Assembly (NCBI GenBank): GCA_964544275.1
Contig: CAZIZX010000002.1
Span: 2,056-66,055, forward strand
Direction: 5' to 3'
Origin: an uncultured Gammaproteobacteria bacterium
GTDB lineage: Bacteria; Patescibacteriota; Microgenomatia; UBA12405
Length of the DNA: 64,000 bases
The notes beneath the pieces are model-generated. The model worked only from the letters and a program-made list of their open reading frames with translations, ran no database searches and was not told where the DNA came from. Positions 38,467 to 47,649 of the stretch are shown here, one piece after another (position 1 is the first letter of the stretch; each line of letters starts with the position of its first letter). Both the position numbers and the translations under genes were made by a program.

Positions 38467-39426
38467 TTGAAGCCTGCGGGTTTTTTGTTTATGGCTACCG
38501 AAAGAAGATATGGCAGGAGAGATTTTTTGAAGTTGACTGGATTGACTGCGGCCGGGTTAGCGGTTGGGGCGGTAGCGGACAAACTTAAGATAAACAGTGT
38601 GGTTGAGGCGGCATCGGTGGCGGAGGCGTTGCCGGAGAGAATTAGCTGGGAGGAGAATCTACCGTTTGAGGCGTCATTACAGGCAAGTACAAACTGTGCC
38701 ATATTTTCGGCGGCGGAATTGATGAGAATGCATGTGAACAGGTTGAGAGGCGGGTTTCAGCGGGGAAGAGTAAATCAGTATTCAGGTGATCCTGATTCTG
38801 ATTGTGTATTTAATCCCAGTTTCATCAGTGGAATTACAGGGAATGAATACGGTAATTTTAATTTAATTGGCGGGGTTCTGGTTAATCAGGGGATTTGTCG
38901 GAATCATTTGGCCCCAAACCATCTTGAGGTGGGGGTTCCAACAAATCCTCCTTCGGAGGAACAATTAAATGACGCTTTGAATTATCGAGCTACAAGCTTT
39001 GAGACTAGGTTTTACCAAGTTTCTGAAATGGGGGGAGTTATAGATGAGCTAAAAAGAAAGCTAAAAGGAGGACCGATGTTGCTTGCCTTTCCGACTCACC
39101 AACGATCTTTGGAAACAAGAGGCGGAATAGTTCAGAGGTTGCCGGGAGGATTTGAATTCGTGAGTAGTCATGCTTGCCCTCTTTTTGCAATTGACGATAA
39201 TTTTGATACCGGTGATGGAGACAGGGGGGCTTTGGGTTTGTGGTGGAACAGTGGAAGTTTTGATGTGGCAAAAGCCTGGATGCCGTATAAATATTTGACA
39301 GAAGATTTGGCTCAAGTAACTGATCCCGGTTGGTGCCATCTGGTTGATACACTTGTATTAGGGTTTGAGCCTAAGTCAGAATTGCCTAACAAGGTTTATT
39401 TGCCTCATGTAGCAAGAGGGAGTTGA
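38467..39426 (+). CDS. Tat-signal secreted papain-like (C1-like) cysteine peptidase
   Basis: Twin-arginine motif RRDFLKLTGLTAAGLAVGA. The start may be the internal MATERR (38491). Q-x5-C (QASTNCAIF), a His in SSHACPLFAIDD, and an NS(W)G-like WWNSGSF, in papain order. Confidence 0.55.
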   Translation: MKPAGFLFMATERRYGRRDFLKLTGLTAAGLAVGAVADKLKINSVVEAASVAEALPERISWEENLPFEASLQASTNCAIFSAAELMRMHVNRLRGGFQRGRVNQYSGDPDSDCVFNPSFISGITGNEYGNFNLIGGVLVNQGICRNHLAPNHLEVGVPTNPPSEEQLNDALNYRATSFETRFYQVSEMGGVIDELKRKLKGGPMLLAFPTHQRSLETRGGIVQRLPGGFEFVSSHACPLFAIDDNFDTGDGDRGALGLWWNSGSFDVAKAWMPYKYLTEDLAQVTDPGWCHLVDTLVLGFEPKSELPNKVYLPHVARGS

Positions 39427-39458
39427 AAGAAGCGATTGGTTGATGTTTAATAATAAGT

Positions 39459-39884
39459 GTGAAGGTAAATTTGAAATGGTTACTGTTGCTGGGGGCTTTA
39501 GTGTTTGTGAATATTCTGCTGGTAACCAATCTGTTTTTTTTGGATAAAGGGGCTGATGTCAAGGAAAATGTGATAGTAGTTGAAAGCGACAAAGACGGTG
39601 ACGATAACGAGCCATTAACAGTCATCAGCGGGATGATTGATAATATGGCCGGAGGGGGTGGGCTATTTTTTTTGATTAGTGAAGAGGGAGAGTCAGTTTC
39701 AGTGAATATTACTGATGAGACTGAATTGGTTATTGACAGGAATGAACGGAAAGTGGCCGTTTCGTATTTACCGCAGTTTGTGGGCCAGAAGGCAAGGATT
39801 TATTTTGATATTCCATTGGATGCGGCCAGACCTAACGTGGACACATCGGTTAGTGCAAAAAGGATTGTAATTGTTTATGATTAA
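39459..39884 (+). CDS. Hypothetical small secreted/anchored protein
   Basis: 141 aa. N-terminal signal/anchor (LLLLGALVFVNILLV), Gly-run, acidic. Overlaps the next gene's start by 14 nt, which suggests an operon. Confidence 0.4.
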   Translation: MKVNLKWLLLLGALVFVNILLVTNLFFLDKGADVKENVIVVESDKDGDDNEPLTVISGMIDNMAGGGGLFFLISEEGESVSVNITDETELVIDRNERKVAVSYLPQFVGQKARIYFDIPLDAARPNVDTSVSAKRIVIVYD

Positions 39885-42816
39885 AACAATGAAGAAATGG
39901 TTTCGGGTGGTGCTATTGGTGGTAGTTTGTTTTGCCGTTTTGCCAAAAATTACATTGGCTCAGCAATCGCTGGTGTGTGAGCCGGTGGGTGATAGGTGGA
40001 ATACGGACAGCATCAGGATAACAAATTATAAAAATCATGCGACATCTGTTGCGTTTATGCAGCATGTTTGTGACAATGAGGGCCAGTTTGTGAGTGAGGG
40101 CCCTTATGCGGGAGAGTGTCAACTACAACATAGCGGAAGTAACCCCAAAACGTATCATTTTTCCGTCTGTTTGAACCCGGGTGAAAGTCGGGTAGTAACA
40201 TTGCCAGTAATATCGGGTAAGGTGGCGACGTTTAAAGCTTATGAGCACAGGTCAGAGTGTGAGAGATATGGTGATACATATTGTGGGTGTTATCAGACCA
40301 ATAGAACGGCTTTATGGGATAGGTGGTATGATTATAATGGCAATTATTATCAGGGTAAGATTACGACAAAAAAGTGGGGAACAGTGTCAAACTATGTACC
40401 GATAGGGTGTGATAATAGTCAGGTATTTATGAGCAGTAACACACCGGTTCGATTAGGGGAGAATATTACTTTTTCTATAAGTGGGTGTACCGGCTACAAC
40501 TGGTTGGGGGATACTTTCACTGGAGGAATTTCAGATACAAGCGGGGTGCCATGGAACGCAACAACCAGCAGGCAAACGACCAGTGCGGGAAATTTTAGTT
40601 GGACGCATTCGTGGAAAGAATGCCGACCTGTACACACTGACAGTGGAGGTTTGCCGGCTGGTTGTAACAATTGTGCCAAAACTTTGAATTATACTATTAG
40701 CAATGCTGTTAATGACCCTAAAAGGTGTTCCGTTTCAGTAAGCAGCAGCACGATGGCATCGGGCGGGTCGACAGTAGTAACGGTGTCGGGGACAGGAAAT
40801 CTATTAGGGGAGCCGGTAAGGTTGTTTGTCGAAAAGAGTGACGGGAGTTTGGTGCCGGGTTTGGGGACAGCGTATCAGTCGGCCGAGGGGAATTATTACC
40901 ATGAGCTAGGCACGTGTACCTATAGCCAGACAGGTGTACCCTGCACGATTACAAGGACAGTGAGCAATTTACCTTTGGGGACTTATTATACTCATTGTGA
41001 TTTGCCTACCAACCCGCCGAACCCAGGCCCGTTGGCGTTAAGGTGTTCGGGAAACCCATTCTGTCCGCCGCCTCCGGGAATAGGACTGGTTGGAATGGTA
41101 ACCAGGGACAACTGTGATGGGTGGTTGAGTTGTAGTGCTGACGATGTGAAGAGCTTTAGCGTGGTAAACAGTGTTCCCAGCACTGTCGCTTTCCGAATTC
41201 AGAGACCCAGTACGGGGACAGTGGTACCAGCAGAGGGTTCTGGTAATAATCATGTTTGCCAACAGGAAGAATTTATTGATGGCAGTGGAAATGAGAGAAG
41301 AATGCGTTTGGCGGTGGATGCCAGTGATGCTGATGGGGCAAATAATATTTCTCAAGTAGAAGTGAGGATGGTAGCGGGTAGTTATTCGGTGACACTGGTG
41401 GGGACGGTGAGCGGTAGTAATATGAGTATTGGGATAAATAATGTTAGTGCACCGGGGGTGACAACTTATGGAGCGGGGATTGTGGAGAATATAAATACGA
41501 CGACGAGGAGATTCATATTTCCAATTCAATATGCTGAGGTTATGGCTAATAGAACATATGCAATCAGTTATAGGGTAAAGGATATTAACAATGCCTGGAG
41601 TAATGGTGGAAGCTGGACTTCTTCGGGGAGGAATATGAAGGTGTGGGACTGTAATGTGCCGGTTAGTGGGTCTTTGTATGATCAGGCGGGAGCAGAGGGC
41701 GTTTGTCCTAATTCAAACTTATATACAAATTTATTTGCAACCAGCTATGCATTAACGTATCAGGGAATTGGGACTCCGAGTAAATTAATGAATGTGACAG
41801 CGACGGCCAATCCGCAATATACTTCGGAAAGCAACCCACTTAAGTGGGGAAAACAATATCAAGCTGTTTTTGGTTCAATTGAAGGATCGCCGCCGACAGG
41901 TCCTCGTTTTGATGATCTGGGGAGAGTTGGAGAAAATATTCCGTGTAATATGACTTTTACCATAAACAATTCTGTAGTTGATCCTTATTCTGCCAATACT
42001 TCGTTGCGAGTGGATTATTCGTCTTTGAGAAATCAGCCACCATGGTATCAAGTAGAAGGAGGAGGGGTGGCTGGGGTGGGTGGTGTGGTTAGTAAGGTGC
42101 CAGTGACTTGTATCGGTTTATCGTGTACGCCTTATTTTAGTGTAAGCACGGCAAATTGTAGTAGTGGTTTGGTGGCGGGACAACCTTTGTCCGGGGCGGT
42201 TGCCGGCAGGACTTATTATAGTCAGACGAGTAACTGGCACGTTTCAGAAAAAGATGTGGTTGACGGGTCGTACGGTTATGATTTTTTCCACAGTCGCTAC
42301 CATGTGAGGATGGGAAAGGGTGTGGTAATTTCAGGTAATGCGAAAACCAGTGAAGTGTTTGGTTTAATTTCGATGGATACGATGGCCCTGCAATCGTTTG
42401 CAATGTTGGGTGGTACGGTTCAGATGGAAGTACAGGGTGATGGTACGAGTCAGGCGGTGGCAAGTGAGATTGTGTTTGTAGACGGGGATTTGATAATTGA
42501 TCATGATGTCGATTTGCCCGATGGCAGGTTCATTTTGATAGTGGTAAAGGGAAATATTACTATTGAACCAATTGTAACCAAAGTGGAGGGGGTGTATATA
42601 ACGGATTCGACAATTAGTGCCGGAGGAACTAATAATACTCAATTGATTATTGAGGGAATATTATTAGCTAAAGGAGGAGTGGGTATAAATCGGGGTTACG
42701 GTAATCCTGTGTCAAACAATACCTCGCCGGCAGTAGTGGTAAGGTACAATCCGATGTATGTATTTGGAATGTCTAAAGACATTAAAGAAGCGGTGTCCTG
42801 GTATTATGGGGATTAA
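39871..42816 (+). CDS. Giant (981 aa) Cys-rich secreted protein of unknown function
   Basis: Signal peptide MKKWFRVVLLVVVCFAVLPKITLA. More than 40 Cys in the first ~430 aa, including CxxC pairs. Beta-rich Gly/Thr/Ser-rich remainder. No family recognised. Confidence 0.7.
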   Translation: MFMIKTMKKWFRVVLLVVVCFAVLPKITLAQQSLVCEPVGDRWNTDSIRITNYKNHATSVAFMQHVCDNEGQFVSEGPYAGECQLQHSGSNPKTYHFSVCLNPGESRVVTLPVISGKVATFKAYEHRSECERYGDTYCGCYQTNRTALWDRWYDYNGNYYQGKITTKKWGTVSNYVPIGCDNSQVFMSSNTPVRLGENITFSISGCTGYNWLGDTFTGGISDTSGVPWNATTSRQTTSAGNFSWTHSWKECRPVHTDSGGLPAGCNNCAKTLNYTISNAVNDPKRCSVSVSSSTMASGGSTVVTVSGTGNLLGEPVRLFVEKSDGSLVPGLGTAYQSAEGNYYHELGTCTYSQTGVPCTITRTVSNLPLGTYYTHCDLPTNPPNPGPLALRCSGNPFCPPPPGIGLVGMVTRDNCDGWLSCSADDVKSFSVVNSVPSTVAFRIQRPSTGTVVPAEGSGNNHVCQQEEFIDGSGNERRMRLAVDASDADGANNISQVEVRMVAGSYSVTLVGTVSGSNMSIGINNVSAPGVTTYGAGIVENINTTTRRFIFPIQYAEVMANRTYAISYRVKDINNAWSNGGSWTSSGRNMKVWDCNVPVSGSLYDQAGAEGVCPNSNLYTNLFATSYALTYQGIGTPSKLMNVTATANPQYTSESNPLKWGKQYQAVFGSIEGSPPTGPRFDDLGRVGENIPCNMTFTINNSVVDPYSANTSLRVDYSSLRNQPPWYQVEGGGVAGVGGVVSKVPVTCIGLSCTPYFSVSTANCSSGLVAGQPLSGAVAGRTYYSQTSNWHVSEKDVVDGSYGYDFFHSRYHVRMGKGVVISGNAKTSEVFGLISMDTMALQSFAMLGGTVQMEVQGDGTSQAVASEIVFVDGDLIIDHDVDLPDGRFILIVVKGNITIEPIVTKVEGVYITDSTISAGGTNNTQLIIEGILLAKGGVGINRGYGNPVSNNTSPAVVVRYNPMYVFGMSKDIKEAVSWYYGD

Positions 42817-42845
42817 AAAAATATTTATTTGAGGAGATTGAAAGT

Positions 42846-43850
42846 ATGAAACCAGTAATAATTTGCGGGGGGATCGGCTCCAAAATGTGGCCGGTGAGCC
42901 GGAGCAGTTGTCCAAAGCATTTTGCCAAATTGTTGGGAGATAAGTCGTTGTTTGAAATAAATTATGAGGCATTGAGATTAAGGTTTCAGCCGGAAGAGAT
43001 TTTTGTCCAGACCAATCAGGAGCAGGCTTTGATGGCTCAGAATCTGGTGCCGGAAATACCAAAAGAGAATTACTTTGTTGAACCGGAGATGAGGAATCAA
43101 GGGCCGGCTACTGGTTTTGCGGCAGCTATGCTTTTTGAAAAATATCCGGATGAACCGTTTATGCTGGTACAAGCGGATGTATTGCGGGAACCACCGGAAA
43201 AATTTATCGAAATGGTGGAACTGTTTGATAGTACGATTAGAAGAGAGGGCAGATTGATGACAGCCGGGTTAAAACCGGATTTTGCGGTGATGGGAGTTGA
43301 TTATTTAGTGGTTGATCCGCAGACCCATCGGATGCAGCAGTGGTTGGGCAGAGGGGAAAAGGAAGTAATTGAAGGATACTTGAAGGATGGTGAGGCTTTG
43401 ATTCATACTAATCACTATGCGTGGACGCCGAGGAAGTTGTTGGAGTGCTTGAAGGGAAGGAAGCCGGAATGGTATGAACCATTAATGAGTATTATTAATG
43501 GGGGTAACGTGGCCGAGGAGTATGCCAAGATGCCGAAAGGTCCAATTGAGGAAATTACGCAATTTGAACTAATGGAAGGATTGGTAATAGAACTGCCGTT
43601 TGTATGGAGGGACTTTGGGACTTGGGAGTCGTTGGCCTCTTACTTGGGCGACAAACCGGCTAACATGGAAATTGAGAGCAAAAACAATTTTGTCTGGCCG
43701 AGCAAGAGATATATTGCCACTATCGGGGTAGAGGATTTGGTGATTGTGGATACACCTGATGCTTTGTTGGTGATGAAAAAAGACCAAAGTGGTAAGGTGG
43801 GAGGAGTGGTGGATAAGTTAAAGGAGGAAGGTAGGGCTGAGTTGTTGTAA
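42846..43850 (+). CDS. Mannose-1-phosphate guanylyltransferase-like sugar nucleotidyltransferase
   Basis: 334 aa. N-terminal ..VIICGGIGSKMWPVS.. is the G-x-G-t-R-l-W-P-type NTP-transferase motif. GAGGAG SD upstream. Confidence 0.8.
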   Translation: MKPVIICGGIGSKMWPVSRSSCPKHFAKLLGDKSLFEINYEALRLRFQPEEIFVQTNQEQALMAQNLVPEIPKENYFVEPEMRNQGPATGFAAAMLFEKYPDEPFMLVQADVLREPPEKFIEMVELFDSTIRREGRLMTAGLKPDFAVMGVDYLVVDPQTHRMQQWLGRGEKEVIEGYLKDGEALIHTNHYAWTPRKLLECLKGRKPEWYEPLMSIINGGNVAEEYAKMPKGPIEEITQFELMEGLVIELPFVWRDFGTWESLASYLGDKPANMEIESKNNFVWPSKRYIATIGVEDLVIVDTPDALLVMKKDQSGKVGGVVDKLKEEGRAELL

Positions 43851-43884
43851 ATAAAGGGTGGGAGGAGATGGAGTAGAATAAGGT

Positions 43885-44964
43885 ATGGGAGAGTTGGGAG
43901 ATAAATTTAGAGAACATTTGACTCCTGAGGGGATGCGGGAGTTGTGGGGCAAGCGGAAAGAGTGGGGAAGGATAGTGGGAGAGGTAAAAAGAGGGATTTT
44001 GGGAAAGGAGATGAGAATTGGTGATTTGGGTAGAATTACTCTGGAAACAGAGGAGATGAGAGATTTGGCGGAAGAAAGAGGGAAGGAGATGGTTGGCCCG
44101 ATTTCGGTTGAATTGGGTGAGGGATGGTTGGGAGTAGTGGCGATGGTGCCGTTGCCAAAGGGGAACCAGGTATCGTTACTGATACCGGAGCAAGCCAGAA
44201 ATGCCGAGAGAAGCACGTTTGCCAAGGTGGCGGCTTACAACATCAACAATTTACCTTGGGGAAGTTGGGTGGTGAGAGGGCCGACGTCCAGTTCTGGCGG
44301 GACAAGAAGAGCTTTTTTCAATAATGGGGCGGTTATATTTGGAGAGGGAGGGGAAGTCAGGGAGACCGAGAAGGATTTGGCGCCGATGAAGGGGGCGGTA
44401 GCGGTAGGTTTTGATGATAAGGAGGGCAGGAGAGGGCGGTTGAAGTTGTTGAGTCCGGCAGAGGTGGTGGCGGCGGTTAGTCAGGGGCGAAGAGAAGAGT
44501 ATGGGAATGGTGGGGTGATGGTGGGAGTGTCAACTTATTTTGAGGTAAGACCGGGTGAGCGAGAGAGAACAGAGAAAACAGTGATAGATATCATGGCCAG
44601 AAATGGTTACGATGCCACCAGTAATACTATCCTGGGTTTTTTTATGGAGGTGGGTGAGGAGATGTTTTATGGAAATAGTTGGGTAGTAGTGAACGAGACA
44701 AAGGAGGAATGGGTGCGAGAGTACTATCGGAGAGGGGGAAGAGAGGAGTTGCCGATGGATACAGATAAAAAGGGTGCGGGGGAAATTTATTTTTCAAAGA
44801 AGATGAAGATGATGGCAATGGTTCAGTCGGTCTGGGCTCTGGCGGCGATAAAAGCAGAAGAAAGCGGCATGAGGACCAGAGTAGCTTTTATGGAGGAACA
44901 AGGTTCGGCAAAACTGATGAAAGAAGACAGTTTGACTAATTTACTGCCAGATTGGGTGATGTAA
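43885..44964 (+). CDS. Hypothetical protein (Gly/Glu/Arg-rich), unknown function
   Basis: 359 aa ORF. TAGAAT hexamer 5 nt upstream. No recognisable motifs. Its composition may partly reflect the purine-rich coding strand. Confidence 0.45.
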   Translation: MGELGDKFREHLTPEGMRELWGKRKEWGRIVGEVKRGILGKEMRIGDLGRITLETEEMRDLAEERGKEMVGPISVELGEGWLGVVAMVPLPKGNQVSLLIPEQARNAERSTFAKVAAYNINNLPWGSWVVRGPTSSSGGTRRAFFNNGAVIFGEGGEVRETEKDLAPMKGAVAVGFDDKEGRRGRLKLLSPAEVVAAVSQGRREEYGNGGVMVGVSTYFEVRPGERERTEKTVIDIMARNGYDATSNTILGFFMEVGEEMFYGNSWVVVNETKEEWVREYYRRGGREELPMDTDKKGAGEIYFSKKMKMMAMVQSVWALAAIKAEESGMRTRVAFMEEQGSAKLMKEDSLTNLLPDWVM

Positions 44965-44973
44965 AATGGGGTA

Positions 44974-46473
44974 ATGAAAACCGGATTTGATACGCAAGCT
45001 TATCTGAAGGCTCAGAAGATTGCGGTGGAAGAAAGACTAGAAAAGTTTTCGGGAAGGTTATATCTGGAATTTGGAGGAAAACTGATGGATGATTTCCATG
45101 CGTCCAGGACTTTGCCTGGATATGATCCGAATGCCAAGTTGACATTGTTGAAGAGCTTAAAGCGAAATTTGGGGGTAATTTATTGTATATCGGCTAAACA
45201 ACTGGCTGATGGGAAATTAAGAGGTGATTGGGGACAGGGTTATGATGAGGCAACTATAAGGGCGATAAAGGGGTTGATGGAAGAGGGGATTGAGGTGGAA
45301 GGTGTGGCGATTAATCGGTATGAGGGAGAGAGGGAGGCAGATATTTTCCAAAGGAGACTGAGGCAGATGGGGATGAAGGTATTTAAGCGAAAGGAAATTA
45401 GAGGGTATCCTAAGAGAATTAAATATATTTTGAACGACAAGGGTTTTGGATCGGATGAATATTTGACACCAAAAAATAAATTGGTGGTGGTATGGGGAGC
45501 AGGTCCGGGGTCGGGAAAGTTATCAACTTGTCTGGGGCAGATATATCACGAAGAAAGAATGGGCTTGAATTCCGGGTATGCCAAATTTGAAACGTTTCCG
45601 GTTTGGGATTTACCTTTGGAGCACCCGGTAAACATAGCCTATGAAGCAGCCACGGCGGATTTAGGGGATTATAACGTGATTGATAAATTTCACCGACAGG
45701 CCGGTAAGGGAGAGGCAGTTAATTACAACCGGGATATCGAATCATTTCCAATTATTAAAGGAATATTTGAAAAGTTAATGAGCAAGGGTAATTTTGCCAG
45801 AAATTATGAGTCGCCGACAGATATGGGATTTAATCGATTGTCGGCAGGGATTGTAGATGATGAGGTGATAAGGGAAGCGGCCAGAAAGGAAATAAATTAT
45901 TATGTTTTTCGGTACAGGGAGGAATATAAAAAGGGGTTGGTGGAAAAGGATACACTGGATAGGATGGAAAATATATTAAAAAGGGTGGGGGTAAAAGAGG
46001 ATTATTTGAAAACTGTAAGTATGGCTAGGTTGGCCAGAGCTGAGGTGGCCAGGAGAAAAGATAAAGGAAGCATGGGAATAAATTGTGGAGCAGCAATTGA
46101 GCTGGAAACGGGAGAGGTAGTTACGGGAAAGAACTCGCCTTTGTTGCATGCTGAGGCGGCGGCAGTGCTGAACGCGGTTAAGGTGATAGCCGGGATAGAG
46201 GATCAATTTGAACTGATATCACCGTCGGTAATTAAGGAGGTGAATTTGTTGAATAAAAGATTGGGAGACAAATCATGTTCGCTGGATTGTGCCGAGATGA
46301 TGTTGGCTTGGGCAATATCAGCCCGAGATAACCCACTGGCGCGGAAGGGTTTGAGATATTTGGGGAAATTAAAAAGTTGCTTTATGCATACGACCCATCA
46401 GCCGTCAGCGGCAGATTGTAACTTGTTCCGAAAATTGGGGATGTGGGTATCGACGGATGGGTTGATTGCCTGA
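44974..46473 (+). CDS. UPF0371/DUF1846-family protein
   Basis: 499 aa. Blocks RLYLEFGGKLMDDFHASRTLPGYDPNAK, AKFETFPVWDLPLEHPVNIAYEAATADLGDYNVID and TGKNSPLLHAEAAAVLNAVK match the conserved UPF0371 blocks as I remember them. TAAAAT lies 6 nt before the ATG. Confidence 0.75.
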   Translation: MKTGFDTQAYLKAQKIAVEERLEKFSGRLYLEFGGKLMDDFHASRTLPGYDPNAKLTLLKSLKRNLGVIYCISAKQLADGKLRGDWGQGYDEATIRAIKGLMEEGIEVEGVAINRYEGEREADIFQRRLRQMGMKVFKRKEIRGYPKRIKYILNDKGFGSDEYLTPKNKLVVVWGAGPGSGKLSTCLGQIYHEERMGLNSGYAKFETFPVWDLPLEHPVNIAYEAATADLGDYNVIDKFHRQAGKGEAVNYNRDIESFPIIKGIFEKLMSKGNFARNYESPTDMGFNRLSAGIVDDEVIREAARKEINYYVFRYREEYKKGLVEKDTLDRMENILKRVGVKEDYLKTVSMARLARAEVARRKDKGSMGINCGAAIELETGEVVTGKNSPLLHAEAAAVLNAVKVIAGIEDQFELISPSVIKEVNLLNKRLGDKSCSLDCAEMMLAWAISARDNPLARKGLRYLGKLKSCFMHTTHQPSAADCNLFRKLGMWVSTDGLIA

Positions 46474-46486
46474 AGTGGGTGAGGGG

Positions 46487-46523
46487 GTGATGATTAAACC
46501 CCCTCTGGATGAAGGGGGTTTTT
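46487..46523. terminator. Bidirectional intrinsic terminator between convergent DUF1846 gene and rplL
   Basis: gggggtgatgattaaaccccc overlaps ccccctctggatgaaggggg + ttttt on the + strand. The reverse complement gives GC hairpins followed by TTTAAT for the minus-strand rplJL transcript. Confidence 0.5.
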
Positions 46524-46542
46524 GGGTCAAACGGAAAGAAAT

Positions 46543-46950
46543 TTACTTGAGATCGACTTGGGCACCGGCTTCGGTGATTTTGGCTTTGGCGTTTTCAGCC
46601 TCTTCCTTTTTCATAGTACCGAGGGAAGCAGGAACGGCATCAACCATGTCTTTGGCTTCTTTGAGACCCAGTTCAGGTTTAAATTCGCGGACAGCCTTGA
46701 TGACGGCGATTTTGTTGGCGCCGGCATTGGTGATGACAACTTCAAACTCATTTTTTTCCTCGACCGGAGCAGCGGCTTCACCGGCGGCTGATACACTACC
46801 AGCGGCGGCTACAGGAGCAGCAGCAAGCGCTTGGACATCGAATTTTTCTTCTAAAGCTTTGACTAAATCTGAAAGCTCAAGAACTGAGAGCTCAGAAACA
46901 GAATCGATGATTTTCTGTAATTTATCTGAGACTTGGGTTGTTTCTGACAT
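46543..46950 (-). CDS. rplL: 50S ribosomal protein L7/L12
   Basis: 135 aa. N-terminal dimerisation helix, Ala/Pro-rich hinge, C-terminal ..[36 protein letters not shown].. Confidence 0.95.
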   Translation of the reverse strand: MSETTQVSDKLQKIIDSVSELSVLELSDLVKALEEKFDVQALAAAPVAAAGSVSAAGEAAAPVEEKNEFEVVITNAGANKIAVIKAVREFKPELGLKEAKDMVDAVPASLGTMKKEEAENAKAKITEAGAQVDLK

Positions 46951-46974
46951 AATTTTTTTAGTTTTAATAAATAA

Positions 46975-47493
46975 TTAATTAGTTTGATCTTTGGCGGCGA
47001 TAGCTTTGAGGACTAGAGTGAGGCGGGTTTGGTTGTACCTGAGAGAGTAAACAAGACGTTGAAGGGGGTTTTTGAGGCCACCAACAAATTGGGCAAAAAG
47101 GGTGGATTTGGACGGGAGGGTGAGAAATTTTTTGATTTCTTCAACAGAGAGAAGTTTGTGGTCAAAAATTCCAAATTTAAATTGGGTCAGTTCTTTTTCC
47201 TGGTTGATTTTGTCGATTTCTTTGAGAGGAGCGATTTCGTCGTCAAGACAGTAGGTGATGGAGGTGGGTCCGGTCAATTTTTCCGGGAGTTCGATTTTGA
47301 GACTTTGGAGGGCGCGGGAAATAAGGGTGTTTTTGACAACCTCCATCTGGCCACCGGCCTGTTTGATGTTGTCACGGAGGGTGGCGATATCTCCAGCGCT
47401 TAAGCCCTGGTATTGAATTAAGGCAGCCGATTTTGATTGACTGATTTTGTCTGCAATTTGTTTGACCTGGTCAATTTTTTGTTGAGTAGGCAT
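46975..47493 (-). CDS. rplJ: 50S ribosomal protein L10
   Basis: 172 aa. ..KIDQVKQIADKISQSKSAALIQYQGLSAGDIATLRDNIKQAGGQMEVVKNTLI.. Confidence 0.95.
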   Translation of the reverse strand: MPTQQKIDQVKQIADKISQSKSAALIQYQGLSAGDIATLRDNIKQAGGQMEVVKNTLISRALQSLKIELPEKLTGPTSITYCLDDEIAPLKEIDKINQEKELTQFKFGIFDHKLLSVEEIKKFLTLPSKSTLFAQFVGGLKNPLQRLVYSLRYNQTRLTLVLKAIAAKDQTN

Positions 47494-47504
47494 ATTTTTT
47501 GAAT

Positions 47505-47600
47505 TAAAAAACCTCGCCTGAAGGAGCGAGGTGTAAATAACAATTTAGCTGTATTTGCCTCGGTAGGTAGCTTCGACCCAGTGGGTACCTACGGTCTTCG
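47505..47600 (-). promoter_or_regulatory. Structured rplJ leader region (two stem-loops), possible L10-L12 autoregulatory/attenuator element
   Basis: On the minus strand: hairpin CCTCGC-n8-GCGAGG (47512-47531) followed by UUUUU, immediately 5' of the rplJ start. A second stem GTAGGTA...TACCTAC at about 47565-47595. Confidence 0.3.
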
Positions 47601-47649
47601 GTTAAAGGATAGGGAGATTATACAGACAAACGGGAAAAGTATCAAGACC

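Noticed and set aside
46522-46791. 89-aa + strand ORF
   Set aside because: Antisense to rplL.
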